This document shows, piece after piece, positions 18,131 to 30,565 of a DNA stretch of 64,000 nt. The translations under genes were made by a program, and so were the position numbers. The stretch is taken from assembly GCF_009914755.1 (NCBI RefSeq), contig NC_060933.1; one strand, given 5' to 3'. The notes below the pieces were generated by a model. The model saw only the letters and a program-made list of their open reading frames with translations, had not been told where the DNA came from and searched no databases. How positions within the stretch are numbered: position 1 is the stretch's first letter; each line of letters begins with the position of its first letter. The stretch comes from the human T2T-CHM13v2.0 reference genome, Homo sapiens.

Positions 18131-19504
18131 TATATATACACTGCTTCACATCACACCAAAACCTTATACTCTTTGCAATCACTTCACTAGCCCTAAAGTT
18201 TTATTCCTATAGTATGCAGGAAATTTAACAACTTCCTTTATGGTTCCAGACAGCAATAGATACTATTCCAGAAGTTAATGTTTCACTAGAAACAATGTTC
18301 TCTAAAGGAAGTAGCTGCTGCTTTAAGAGCAAATAATTAAGAGAGATACCCTGTCTACCAGCATCTTCATGTTCCAACTGCTTACACTACAAGCCCAGGT
18401 TAAAGGTCTCAAGTCAAATAGGCCACTTCATAATTCTATTTTAAATCAATTAAATGTGTGTTGACTCACATTTAAATCAATAAAATGTGTGTTGACTCTG
18501 TCTATAACATTCTGCTTCCTCTTCTCTACAATGTTTTCTAATCCATAACCTACATCACACAATGTATGATTTTAGGAGAAACTTTAGAAATCATCGAGGC
18601 CATATTCTTCAGTTCATTTATCAATGTATTTGCTTTTTCTGAAAATAACTTTTTTTAAAATATGAAAGAAAGGCATGCTCATTAATTAAAGGACAAAAAC
18701 ACAGAAACATATAGAAAAAAAATATCCTTTTCAATACCCCCAAAGAGTTGTGTAGTATCCCTTTTTATTAACATAATGTTCTATTGTAAGCATTTTCTGT
18801 ATTACTAAACATTCCTTGCAATTGTGCTTTTAATTTGTGCATTATAGCCACTAGATGGGTGTACTATAGTTGCTATAATCATCTCACTGCTACATTGAAG
18901 TAGTTACTATGTCAAAGATTGTGATAAAAAAATCCTTAAGTATAAATCGGTCTGTTTCTCTAGTTTATGTCTTTTGATTGATTTCCAGATGTGGAATTGT
19001 AAAGCTGAAGGGTGAGAACTTACTCTGAGGCTCTTGATATGCATGCTTTCTGGAAAGCTGGTACCAATTTCCACCCTCACCAGCCTTCCTCACATTCAAC
19101 ATTGCCCCTTTAATCTTTATTCATCTCCCAAGTGAAATGTATCTGACACTGTTTTAATTTGCACTTCCTTTGTTTATGTGGAAGGTTTAGTTTTTTTCCC
19201 TTTTATCTTAATGTCCCTTAGCCATTTGTGTGTTCTCTTCTAGGAATTCTTTCATTTACATAAGAGAGGAAGACCCATGGTCGTTAAATGCCTACCAAGA
19301 CTACACAGCTACCTGGAAACCAAGGCTGGATGGGAATCTCAGTTCTGACACTAGACTAGTGCTATGTCCATTATCCCAGGTGGCTTCCTTAAATCACAGA
19401 TGCTTATTCCAGAAATATTCCTTTCAGCATTTCCTTCCCAGATCTTCAGGAAGCTGCCAGACTCAGAACTCTGGAGAGGGAGCCCTCCCTCAGGCTATAC
19501 TGTC

Positions 19505-20018
19505 ATGAGTAGAGGGAAGGGAAAACTCCTTTCCTTCTATGCTCTTAGGTTGTCCGGGGCCTTGTAAATTAGACTGAAAAGAGACAAATTAACAAAGGGA
19601 AAACATAAAATTTATTGAATATAAGTGCCATGTGACGTGGGAGCCTTCATTAAAAAAATGAAGACAGAAAGAAACATTAAGCGTGAGCATTTTTATCCTA
19701 AGCTTGATGAAGAGTGGAAAGTTATGGGAAAATGTATTAGGACAAAGATGTGTGAGCTGAGGGTGGTAAACTGGGGGAAAGTGAGCAAGACCTGCCTGTG
19801 CAGATTCCCCATTGTGTCCCTCCATTCTTGGAGCTAAGGATACTCCTTTCCTCTGGGTATCAGGAGGGCACTTCTCTCACACAAGGGTACTGTAACCTGC
19901 TGTTCAGGGGAGAAGGTCAGAGAGTCTTTCCACCACATGCCACTTCTCAAATTCCTCCAGTTCAAAATATTCAATGTGCCAAGGCACCCTATTTGGGGAT
20001 ACCATGTTCTGAACCCCA
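19505..20018 (-). mobile_element. ERV1 solo LTR (MER34-family-like)
   Basis: The minus strand starts TGGGGTTCAGAACATGGTATCCCCAAA...CCTTGGCA...TATTTTGAACTG and has a minus-strand AATAAA near 19612. Family named from recall. Confidence 0.6.
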
Positions 20019-21242
20019 TGATGACCAAGGCTGCAAAGACAGACATACCTTTGCCTACAACACAAATTCATTAGGTTTCCTTCCTTAGATTTCCAATAGC
20101 TCAAACTCTACCCTGCCATGTTTTGCAAACTGTGCTTGTGAAAATGAATATTTTGGAGACGTTAAAAGCTTGCCACAAAAAAAGTTCACCATACCCAAAT
20201 ACATTTGAAGCACAGAACGCTAAAATCACCTTCTAAAAATTCACAATATAATATGAGCATATTAAAGATTCTAAGAAGTCTTGCAGAAAGGAGCCTTTTT
20301 AAGCCCAAAGTCTGCAAACTTATGGAAAACGTTTTTTGTTCTTTTTCATTAAAACAAAACAAAACAAAACGGGTTCTTTGAGAAATCATTCAAGAGACTT
20401 AAAATGACTAAAATATAGAATGGCCAGAGGGTATCTAAAACATTTCTGGCCATGCCCGATAAATCTATACCTAATAAGTCTACTTCAGAAATTCAAATTC
20501 CAGGATATCCCTTGGAAACCAGACGTCTGCCTGTTTCTACAGAGGCCTTCTACTAAAACTACCTTCAAAGGTAGAGAAAACTGATTGCAGAGGGAAAAAA
20601 TGTGTGCCCTCAACTTACAGTTCTGTTTTTAATGACTATCAAAGCCTCTTAAACCATCAAAAACATTTCCCTGAAGATTAGTTAGGAAATGGCCATAACT
20701 TAAAATCATGTTGCTTTCAGCCAGAGCGTTGTATCATACAATTTTCACAACAGGTTGCTTTAATTGAATAACTTAAGCAGAGTGAAAAACACTCACATTC
20801 ATCATGGTGTGCCCCATTCTTCATCAGGGACCTACCGTGGGCATGTACCAAAACTCACACCTAGGGCCTTCCCCACCAGTGTCACGCCAACTGAAATTAA
20901 TTTTCCTCTTCTTGAGTGAATTCTTCATTTCTTAATTTACAACAGAACAACACCAAACTGTGTAAAAGTGAGATTCTGTTTAAATTCGTATTAAATCATG
21001 TCCAGGAATTCATCTTTGAGACCAATTCAATTTTCAGAATGTATCTTGGCTTTTTGAGTATGACATATCATCTGTTCATTCATTGTACAAACAATTGCTG
21101 AGTACTCACTTAGGGACAAGTGCTACGTTAAGTGCTGGGATTGTGAAGACAAAAATGACAAAAAAAAATTCTTGCCCTTAGAGAGTGTACAGTGTAATTC
21201 AGAAAGACAAACATAAACTAATGATTCAAAACAGGCAGTAAT

Positions 21243-21375
21243 GCCAAGCACAGGGGAACATGTCTGTAGTCCTAGCAACTGGGGAGGCTGAGGCAGGAGG
21301 ATTGCTTGAGCCAGGGAGCTCAAGGCCAGTCTGGGCAACACAGCAAGACCCTGCCTCAGAAAAGCAAAACAAAAC
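21243..21375 (+). mobile_element. Alu monomer (FLAM-like) within an L2 fossil
   Basis: Single monomer ...gaggcaggaggattgcttgagcc...gaccctgcctc with an A-rich tail. Confidence 0.8.
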
Positions 21376-21755
21376 AGCAAGGGTGGTAAGTGCAGTAATG
21401 GTGAGATATATTTTATGGTATAGGACTAAATAGGAAGGCAGCATTTGACTCAAACTGGGCCTAGGGTACGCTTCCCAGAAGGGGAAAGAGTTAAATTTGA
21501 AAGAAAAATTAGTATTGAGAAAGGTGCATAGGAAAAGTAAGGGCATGTTTGAAGATGGAGAGAAAGAATGTAGCATAGTCAAAGAATCAACAAGTAGGTG
21601 TTATGTCAGAAGCAAGGAGTTTTTGTGAGAAAAAGTACAGGGGCACTGTGCAAGAAAAAGTTCAATAAGAGGTAACTTTAATCTTTAAGAGATTGAGGTC
21701 TTGTGGGAGGGAGATTTATAATCAGGTATTTTACAATACAAAATGGTATTTGCTG

Positions 21756-24700
21756 CCTGCTCTGTCTATGGAGTAGCCATTCTTTTATTCCTTTACTTTC
21801 TTAATTAACTTGCTTTCACTTTACTCTATGGACTCACCCTGAATTCTTTCTATCCTAAGGTATCCCTCTTTCTGAGTACCTAAGAACTTTCTGAGTACCT
21901 AAGAACTCTCTCTTGGGGTCTGGATTGGGACCCCTTTCCTGTAACATCTTTATGGTCACTACAGAAGGGACAATACTGAAAAAACCCCCCGACCCAAAGG
22001 CTAACTCTGGGTAAGTGGTGGGATCCAGTAACATTATTCTGCAAACCCCAAAGGGATGATACTGAAGAGGCTTCCAACCCAAAGGAAAATCATTTGCACA
22101 CACAAATTGGCTGACTTTGGGTAGGTGGGGTGCATTTACCAGAGTAAATGACGGGATTGGGTTAGAAGCCCAACTAAGGAGAGTTAGAGTCTCTCCTAAG
22201 ATAGAGTGGGTTAAAGGCCCCTCTTAATAAAAGGCAAGGACGCTTGACCGAACTTGGGTTTGAGACCCAACTTATGAAAGTTAGAGTCTTTCCTAAGATT
22301 TAGGGGGTTAGAGGCCCCTCCCAGTAAAGTCCCTCTCAGCTAAGAACGGGTTTGGCACTATAGGATGTTAACCACCATTTCTTTGGGTTAATCTGCCTTG
22401 CACTCTTTGCTGATGGCTGTGGGTGACAGAATTAGGCATGTACAGGATCATGGGACATGGGGACAAGTTTCCCCCTAAAGGGGAAACTTGAGAGCTGATG
22501 GAACTGCCATGAAAGATCCCTCTTCTACTGACAAGCTGCCGCCTGAACTTTTCAGTGTCGCTGCAATGGGTGGGTCTTTCTCTGGCCTCCCTGGGCTCTT
22601 CACCTTCCCCACTCTGCCCCAGGCAATGCTTTTCTCTCTCTCCTTTCCTTTTCCCGTCTTTACTATTACTCAGGGTGACCATCTTGCCCAGAGACCACGA
22701 GTTGAAATTCCTGGTCAGAGGTTGGATTAACAATGGCAGGGTCCAGCCGGGGGCACGTTTGAGCCTTGTCAGTTTGATACTAGGTGCTAAGCAGAGGGGC
22801 TAATGTCTGTGTTTTGTCACATGTATTTTACTCTGGCCTTCCTTCGTGTTGCGGCTTGGCCCCCAGAGCTGTGGTGCAGCCAGCCGGGTCAGTAGGGCCA
22901 CTCAGAGAAAGGAAACCCTGAAGCCTGGCATGTCAGCAAAAGGGTAAGAATTTTGACTTCTCTCTTTCTCTCTCTCTCTCTCTGTGGTTGAATGAATGGT
23001 AAAAATTACTGTTTATCTCCTCTGTAAAGTTTTGATTAGTGGGAAAAAGAATTCGTGAGGCTAGTCTTAAACTGTAGTGAATCTGTTGTACTTTGTGCTA
23101 TGAATTTGTCTTTCCATATCTTTCTGTCAGAAAGAGGGATACCTCAGGATAGAATGCGGGCCTAGGACCCCATAAGCCTGCTGTCTAAGACAGTCCAGCA
23201 AAACTGGTCAGTTATGTCCTTGGGAGCTTGATCTTGTAACCATGTGGCCCTGCTTTCTCTTTTCACATTGGTGGCCTGGGTTCAGGGTTCAATTCCTGGA
23301 TCAGGAAATGAGTCCTTTGTCTTCTGTGTAGTTATATGTGTTGTGTGTGTAATATAAAAGAGCTTTTGTTAATTGGCTTAAAAATAATAGGAGCTTAAAT
23401 GAAATATTTTGCTAGAAAAGTAAAAAGTGTAATGCCTTTTAGTTTGTGTGACTTAATTAATCTTTGGGAAATAAAAACAGTTTGACATGTAAGCTGTGTA
23501 AAGAAAGTAAAATGTGTTTTTGGTAAAAGACTATAAGAAGTCATGGAAATGTGGATTTTTTTGCCTAGATTAAAAGGTTAAAGGGTTGTTTTAAGTTAGA
23601 TAGGATAAAGCTTTAAGCAAGTTGTGGAAGGTTTGTAAAAAATTAATTGTAAAAGAGATTGTGTGTGTGAACATATTGGCTAAAGCTAAAGGGGTATTAA
23701 TCAGTTTTTCTATAAATTGAACATTGAAATAAAAGCACAACAGGTTTTTCTTAGAGCACTGATCTTCTCTTTCACAAATATTTTAAAGGGTTATAAAAAT
23801 TTATGAGAATCTTACCTTATGGTTCAAACTGATTAAGATTAAATACATTGTCTATAAGGTTTTATTAAGAATTGGATTTAACATTAATAGTACACTAATA
23901 CAACAGTGACATTTGGCTTATTTGGTATAAAAATAATACAGAAAGCATTGTCAAATATAAAACAATGTTGGCTTTCTTAGGGCTGTATTTATATAAATAT
24001 GTTACTGGTATGTGTTCCAAAATAATGGAAAAATTCCTATAATTCTAATATGACTCAGCATATGTTATTAATGGCTATAATTGTTATGTAAAATTGTTGT
24101 ATGCCACAGAAGTAAACAAAATTTCCTTGCCAATTGTGGCTTTAATAGTGGCTGCCCTAAGGCATTTTATCATCCACTGACAATTGTTGTCTTGTTTTAA
24201 TCCTCTTCAAAAGGTAGCTTATAATCAGCTATAGGACTTTGACAGGTGTTCTTAAATGCAGGTTTCTAATAACTTTGGCAATTGTCACATTAGAATAGAG
24301 GAAAGCAACTTTCAGGACTCTCATGGAAAGCTGAAATGTTCACAAATATCAAGCAGGACAGGAGTTAACTGCATGGACTGAACTAATAGAAGACTGAAGT
24401 GATTTTTTTACTTTTTGCTTAAAACGGTGCTAATCCTTTGTTTTGTTTTTTTAGAACCAAGAAAACTTTTCTATTAAGCTATTTACAGCTTTTAACAATT
24501 GAGTAAAGTATACTCCTATGAACAGAATTTGGAGCATGTTTGTTTCTCTCTACCTGATTTTGCCAGAATTTGGAAACTAGTTGTGAGTATTCTTAACTTA
24601 TGGCAATATAGTTATTTGCATAAGTGCAATAAGAATCTGTTTTCTTTTGTAACAGGACACAGTTGGAGAAATTGGTTATTTTACCAAGGCTTTGACTGGA

Positions 24701-26529
24701 ATGGTGCGCTTTCCTTTAAGGAATTAAACTTGACTGGTAAAGCCAATAAAAGCCCTTTGGGAAAAATGGCCTCATACCTTGTCTACACAGTTTCTGTACA
24801 GGGTTCCTGACCTGGTGGTAAACAAAGAATGTCACTTTCTGACAGGCCCAGGAGCTCCAGGTTATCTTGGGACCTCAGGAGGAGAGGAATTTACCCAACT
24901 CACAGGTATTTGAGGGTACAAACCCATGGCCGGTCTCAGCTTTAAAAAAGTCTTATTTGAGATTCCTTACGGAACAGAGTTCCATTAAAGTCAATTTTAA
25001 AAGCCTATGTGAAAAATAATTATTCCTGCTGCACTTCATACAAATAATCAGGCCAAGTATAATAAAGCAAATCGGTCTTACCATGACTTGTCTTTAGTGA
25101 AAATGGGAAACTGGAGAGAGAAATTATGTTTCAAAAACTATGGTACACCTGATTAGATTCTAGTCTCATCAGTTGTTTTTTGAGTATTTTTCTGCAATTT
25201 AGACTGACTGCTTATTCCTGTGAACCAACCAGTGATCTTTGGCTGCTGCTCAGAAGAAACAAGAAGGATGGGTAATGTAAAAATCTGGATCAATATTCTA
25301 ATTCTGGGCACATATTGGAATCAGCTAACAACTCCATATCTGCTTGGTTCCAACAGTTGCCCAGCTCATGAAAAATCTTCTAATTTAGTTTACTTGGGAT
25401 AATTTACTTATTTTGCCTTACTGTTGTGGAATATATTGCTGTTGTACTCTTTGTGTAGAAATGCAGAATAAGCCTACTAGATGTTTTCTTAAACATTTAT
25501 TAATCTTCTAGATATCACCTTTTGTTGGAACTCCAGAGTTATGAGTGGCCCTTGACATACTGACGCTTTCTGACTGAGCTCCTCTCTACCCAAATACAAG
25601 AGATCCTCATAGTTAGGCAGGAATATCATCACCCCTATTCAGCCTGAAGAAGTTACAGAATACAGATCTTCATCCCTCTACAACTCTTAAGATTAAGGAT
25701 TCTCTTATAAAAGGGAGGGGGGAAATGTCAGAGGCATTTGAACCAGAGTAACTCCAACTTGAATAGGAGCTGGGTAAAATGAATCTGAAACCTACTGGGC
25801 TGCATTCCTAGATGGTTAAGCATTCTTACTCATAGGATGAGAGAGGAGGTCAGCACAAGATACAGGTCATAAAGACCTTGCTGATGAAACAGTTTGCAGT
25901 AAAGAAGCTGGCCAAAACTCACCAAAATCAAGATGGGGATAAAAGTGACCTCTGATCGTCCTCACTGCTACCCTCCCACTCCCACCAGCACCATGACTGT
26001 TTACAAATGCCATCACAATGTCAGGAAGTTACCCTATATGGTCTAAAAAGGGGAAGCATGGGCTGGGCCCCGTGGCTCATGCCTGTAATCCCAACACTTT
26101 GGGAGGCCGAGGTGGGCAGATCACGAGGTCAGGAGTTCGAGACCAGCCTGACCACCATGGTGAAACTCCATCTCTACTAAAAATACAAAAATTAGCTGGG
26201 AGTGGTGGTGTGCACCTGTAATCCCAGCTACTCAGGAGGCTGAGGCAGGAGAATTGCTTAAACTGGGGGAGACAGAGGTTGCAGTTAGCTGAGATCGCAC
26301 CACTGCACTCCAGCCTGGGCCACAGAGCGAGACTCCATCTCAAAAAAAAAAAAAAAAAAAAAGAAGCATGAATAATCCACCCCTTGTTTAGCATATAACT
26401 AAGAAATAACCATAAAAATGGGCAACCAGCAGCTCTCAGTGCTGCTCTGTCTATGGAGCAGCCATTCTCTTATTCCTTTACTTTCTTAATAAACTTGCTT
26501 TGGCTTAAAACAACAACAACAACAAAAAC
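21756..26529 (+). mobile_element. MER41A / MER41-int ERV1 element with processed-retrocopy structure (R-U5, internal, U3-R, polyA)
   Basis: 21757-21946 is the LTR 3' part ending ...CCTGTAACA. A non-coding internal region of about 3.8 kb follows, then a polypurine tract (25709-25725) and an LTR start TGTCAGAGGC at 25726. The LTR ends 13 nt after AATAAA (26488-26493) in an A-rich tail (26507-26528). 17-bp TSD at 21739-21755 and 26530-26546. Confidence 0.9.
26061..26362 (+). mobile_element. AluS (Sg-like) inserted in the MER41A U3
   Basis: Dimeric Alu with GAAGCATG repeated on both sides (26053-26060 and 26363-26370). Confidence 0.93.
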
Positions 26530-27387
26530 CAGAATGGTATTCGCTGTGATAGCATAGGAGCAAAATGCTCTAATGATTTCATCAAACTCACCAGTATACA
26601 CTTAAAGAAACTTCCACTATTCAGGGTGAAACACTTCATTGTGAAAAGGGCTGCTCAGACATTCAGAAAACTATTCAGCATTGCTCCTCAAGCTGTGAGG
26701 TAACCTTGATCATCTCATCTGCATTCCTTGCTCAAGATTAAAACTCAAACTCACAGATGTCTGCAGCAGAAAACAGATCAACCACCATGAATATTTTTGT
26801 AAAGAGGTCTGATGTAAAGATCTGCTTTCGATGACCTAAGAAATTTTATGGTAAATGACAAAAAGTGCCATGTTATTGGAGCCTAAGTTACAGTATATGA
26901 AAAATCATACAATTCTAGAATTAGAAGGAGCTTATCCAAATTTTACGTAAAATAACAATAATAAGCATGTATTATGCACTCACTTTGTACCTGGCACTGT
27001 TGTAACTCATTTAACCTTCACTACAATGTATGAACTCAAGTCTATTATTATTCCTATATTACAGCTAAGGAAATAGATAAATAATTTGTCTAAGGCAAAT
27101 TCTCTTAACTAAAGTACCTCATATTCCAATCCCAGAAGACAGCTTGGGGAGCCCAGGTGCCTGAAACCATGTTCCTTGCTCTACCATAGGGTGATCAAGA
27201 TGAGGAAACGGGGGCCCAAAGAGGCTAAGTGATTTGTCAAAGGTTAGACAATTGGTTGTTGCTTTACCCACTGATGCAAGCAAAGTGGGGAATGTAAAGC
27301 ATAGTATCATATACTGAGATGTAGTAAAGAAAAAAAAAGCGCAACACCTAAAACCAACAAAGAGGCTTAATCGAACTGTAATGATAA

Positions 27388-27689
<302 letters not shown>

Positions 27690-28199
27690 AAGGAGTCTAA
27701 TAAGAGTCTTAATGCTCTTTCCTGTTGAGGATCTTAGCACAATTTTGAGGTCTTCAGCTATGACTTACACACACTTCATTTTTCATAATTTTTCTTTCTT
27801 ACAAATAACTTTGTAAATAATGTTATGATTCAGTAGTGCTAAAAAAGGAGGATGAGAGAGTTTAATTCTTTGATGCAGGTTTGGAGAGGAAGTGATAGAA
27901 AATCAGAGGCCAGCCTGTTAATCAGCTCTACCAGACCTGCGCACCTATCTTGGTTCCATAATTTCTTTGAGCAAGGTTCCTATTCTTCCTTGGGCTCTGT
28001 TTCCTCATCTACAAAATGAAGACAATAATTGACACCTTTCAGGGTTGTTACACTAGTTACATGTGATACTATCTGTCAATGTAAATCAAAGTTGCCAGCA
28101 CACACATAGAGCAAGGCTCAGCCAAAGTTAGTTCCCTTCCTGCCCCTTTCTATTCCAGATCTATTGAAGAAAAATTTTTCTAAAATTTATTTTAAAAGC

Positions 28200-28780
<581 letters not shown>

Positions 28781-30024
28781 GTTGTGAGTTGAGCCATCTT
28801 TTGACATGCCTCATGGTTCAGGCTGAATTGACTCTCCTGTGACACCCACACACAGCTAAAGAGTTTTCTCTAGAGTAGTGGAGGGCCATCAGTAACAAAA
28901 AGGAACAAGGCAAATCACAGAGAGTTTTTGTTCATCATGCTTCCGGGCTTTTGAGGACTGTCTCTTCTGGGGATCTCCTGACCCACAGCTACTCAAGGGC
29001 CACCCTGGTGGCTCACAGGCCATGTCCCCACAGTGAGACACCACATGTGGCTGCACACCCATGCCAGTGTGCCAGTGTCCATTCTGCTGCACATGCTGGA
29101 GTCTCTGATGCAGTGTTGCTCACTGAGCTTAATGGCATTAAGAAAAGCCAAACTTGATCTGCTCACTTTGGCAGAATTTGGGGGTGGCCTGTGGAGAATG
29201 CAGGTGGGAGGGTGTTCTCAGGCAGTGGGATTAAACGTGCTTCAAGTACTGGTTCAAAAACAAAATCTCCATAAACATCACAGGCTGCAAATAAAGTATC
29301 TGAATGTCTGATTAGATGTCTCATTTGTTGAAAAAATATGTGCAGGAGGATACAGCAATGTAGAAAATTACATCGTATAAGAACTGCAAACACCAGTAAG
29401 TCAGAGAAACATTTTAAAAGTGAAACCAGTATGGAACACACAAGCAGTCTTGGCTAAAATACCTTCTTAGAGTCTCCAAGACACAAATAGGCTATATTCA
29501 AAATACTGGTTTGCAAGAAATTTGTCTAGAGGTAGAAACGTATTTACTGTAGGCGCAATATCCAGATAGGCTGACAAATACAGTTCAAACTGTGATGTCC
29601 CTGAGCACGGCAAAAACTCATCATGGTGGAAGGTATTTCTGTGGAAAAACATACTAACTTATCTGTCCTTTACTGTGTTGGCCAAAGGTGATGAGACTCC
29701 TTTACTTGGTTTTGCTCAGTTCAGCACACCAAATTCCAGGGCACCATTTATGCTGTTTATACAGACCATAACGTGAACGGTGTTCCTGGAGTTGTGCAAT
29801 GTGGGGGCTGAGTCCCATGGCCTGGGAAAAAGCACTGGCTGCAAATAAACTTCACACTCATGGCTTCAGACCTACTCCTCTGTCCTAGAAAGAAGCAAAC
29901 CATTCTTATGAGGGATTACTGGGTCTGCGCTATTAATGAGAACGGGAAACACACCAAGATGAGTTGCCTCCTTCATCTAGAGGACCCCCTCTTCAGCTTC
30001 ATATTACCATCACCCAGTCACCAC

Positions 30025-30126
30025 TCCCAGAGTTTCTGATTTAATTTGTCTGAGTGGGGCCCAGGCATCTGAATTTAAAAGTACTCCAGGTGATTCTAAT
30101 GAGCAACCAGGATGGAGAACCACTGC
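30025..30126. mobile_element. MER5A-like hAT fossil
   Basis: cccagagtttctgatt...ggggcccaggcatctg...caggtgattctaatg...gagaaccactg. Confidence 0.75.
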
Positions 30127-30565
30127 TGCAAATATTAACTGCATTAATAACTGCATTTTATCTTATTCTCCTCTAAGTATGACAAGAGGTAAAAGGAGCT
30201 TTGGTGTCCAAAGACTGAAGTTAGGATCTTTGGCATGTCTAAAACAACCCTCAGACTCAGTAAGTCTCTTAGTCAGGGTGGAACGCAGCGGTAGGACTAG
30301 GGCTGGGGATGCCGCCTCCAAGAACAGCACTAGGAAGAGCCCAAAAGCAAGACCCAGTGTGGCGGTGGTTGGTTGGGGGAGGGCTGGGAAGAGGAGAGGA
30401 AGATAGGATGGTCCTAGATAGACAGAGTCTGACACAAGGTAAAGAAAGACAGGACGCTCCAAGGGAGGCATCATGAGCAAACGTTTCATTGGCAGCCTAG
30501 CTGGGATGGCCATCCCTGGAAAGCCAGTCCCATGTGTGAGATGTAAGTACACAAGTCAGTGGCAC

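Noticed and set aside
21947-25725. gag/pol/env coding in the MER41 internal region
   Set aside because: Only short ORFs with no retroviral motifs that I can recognise.
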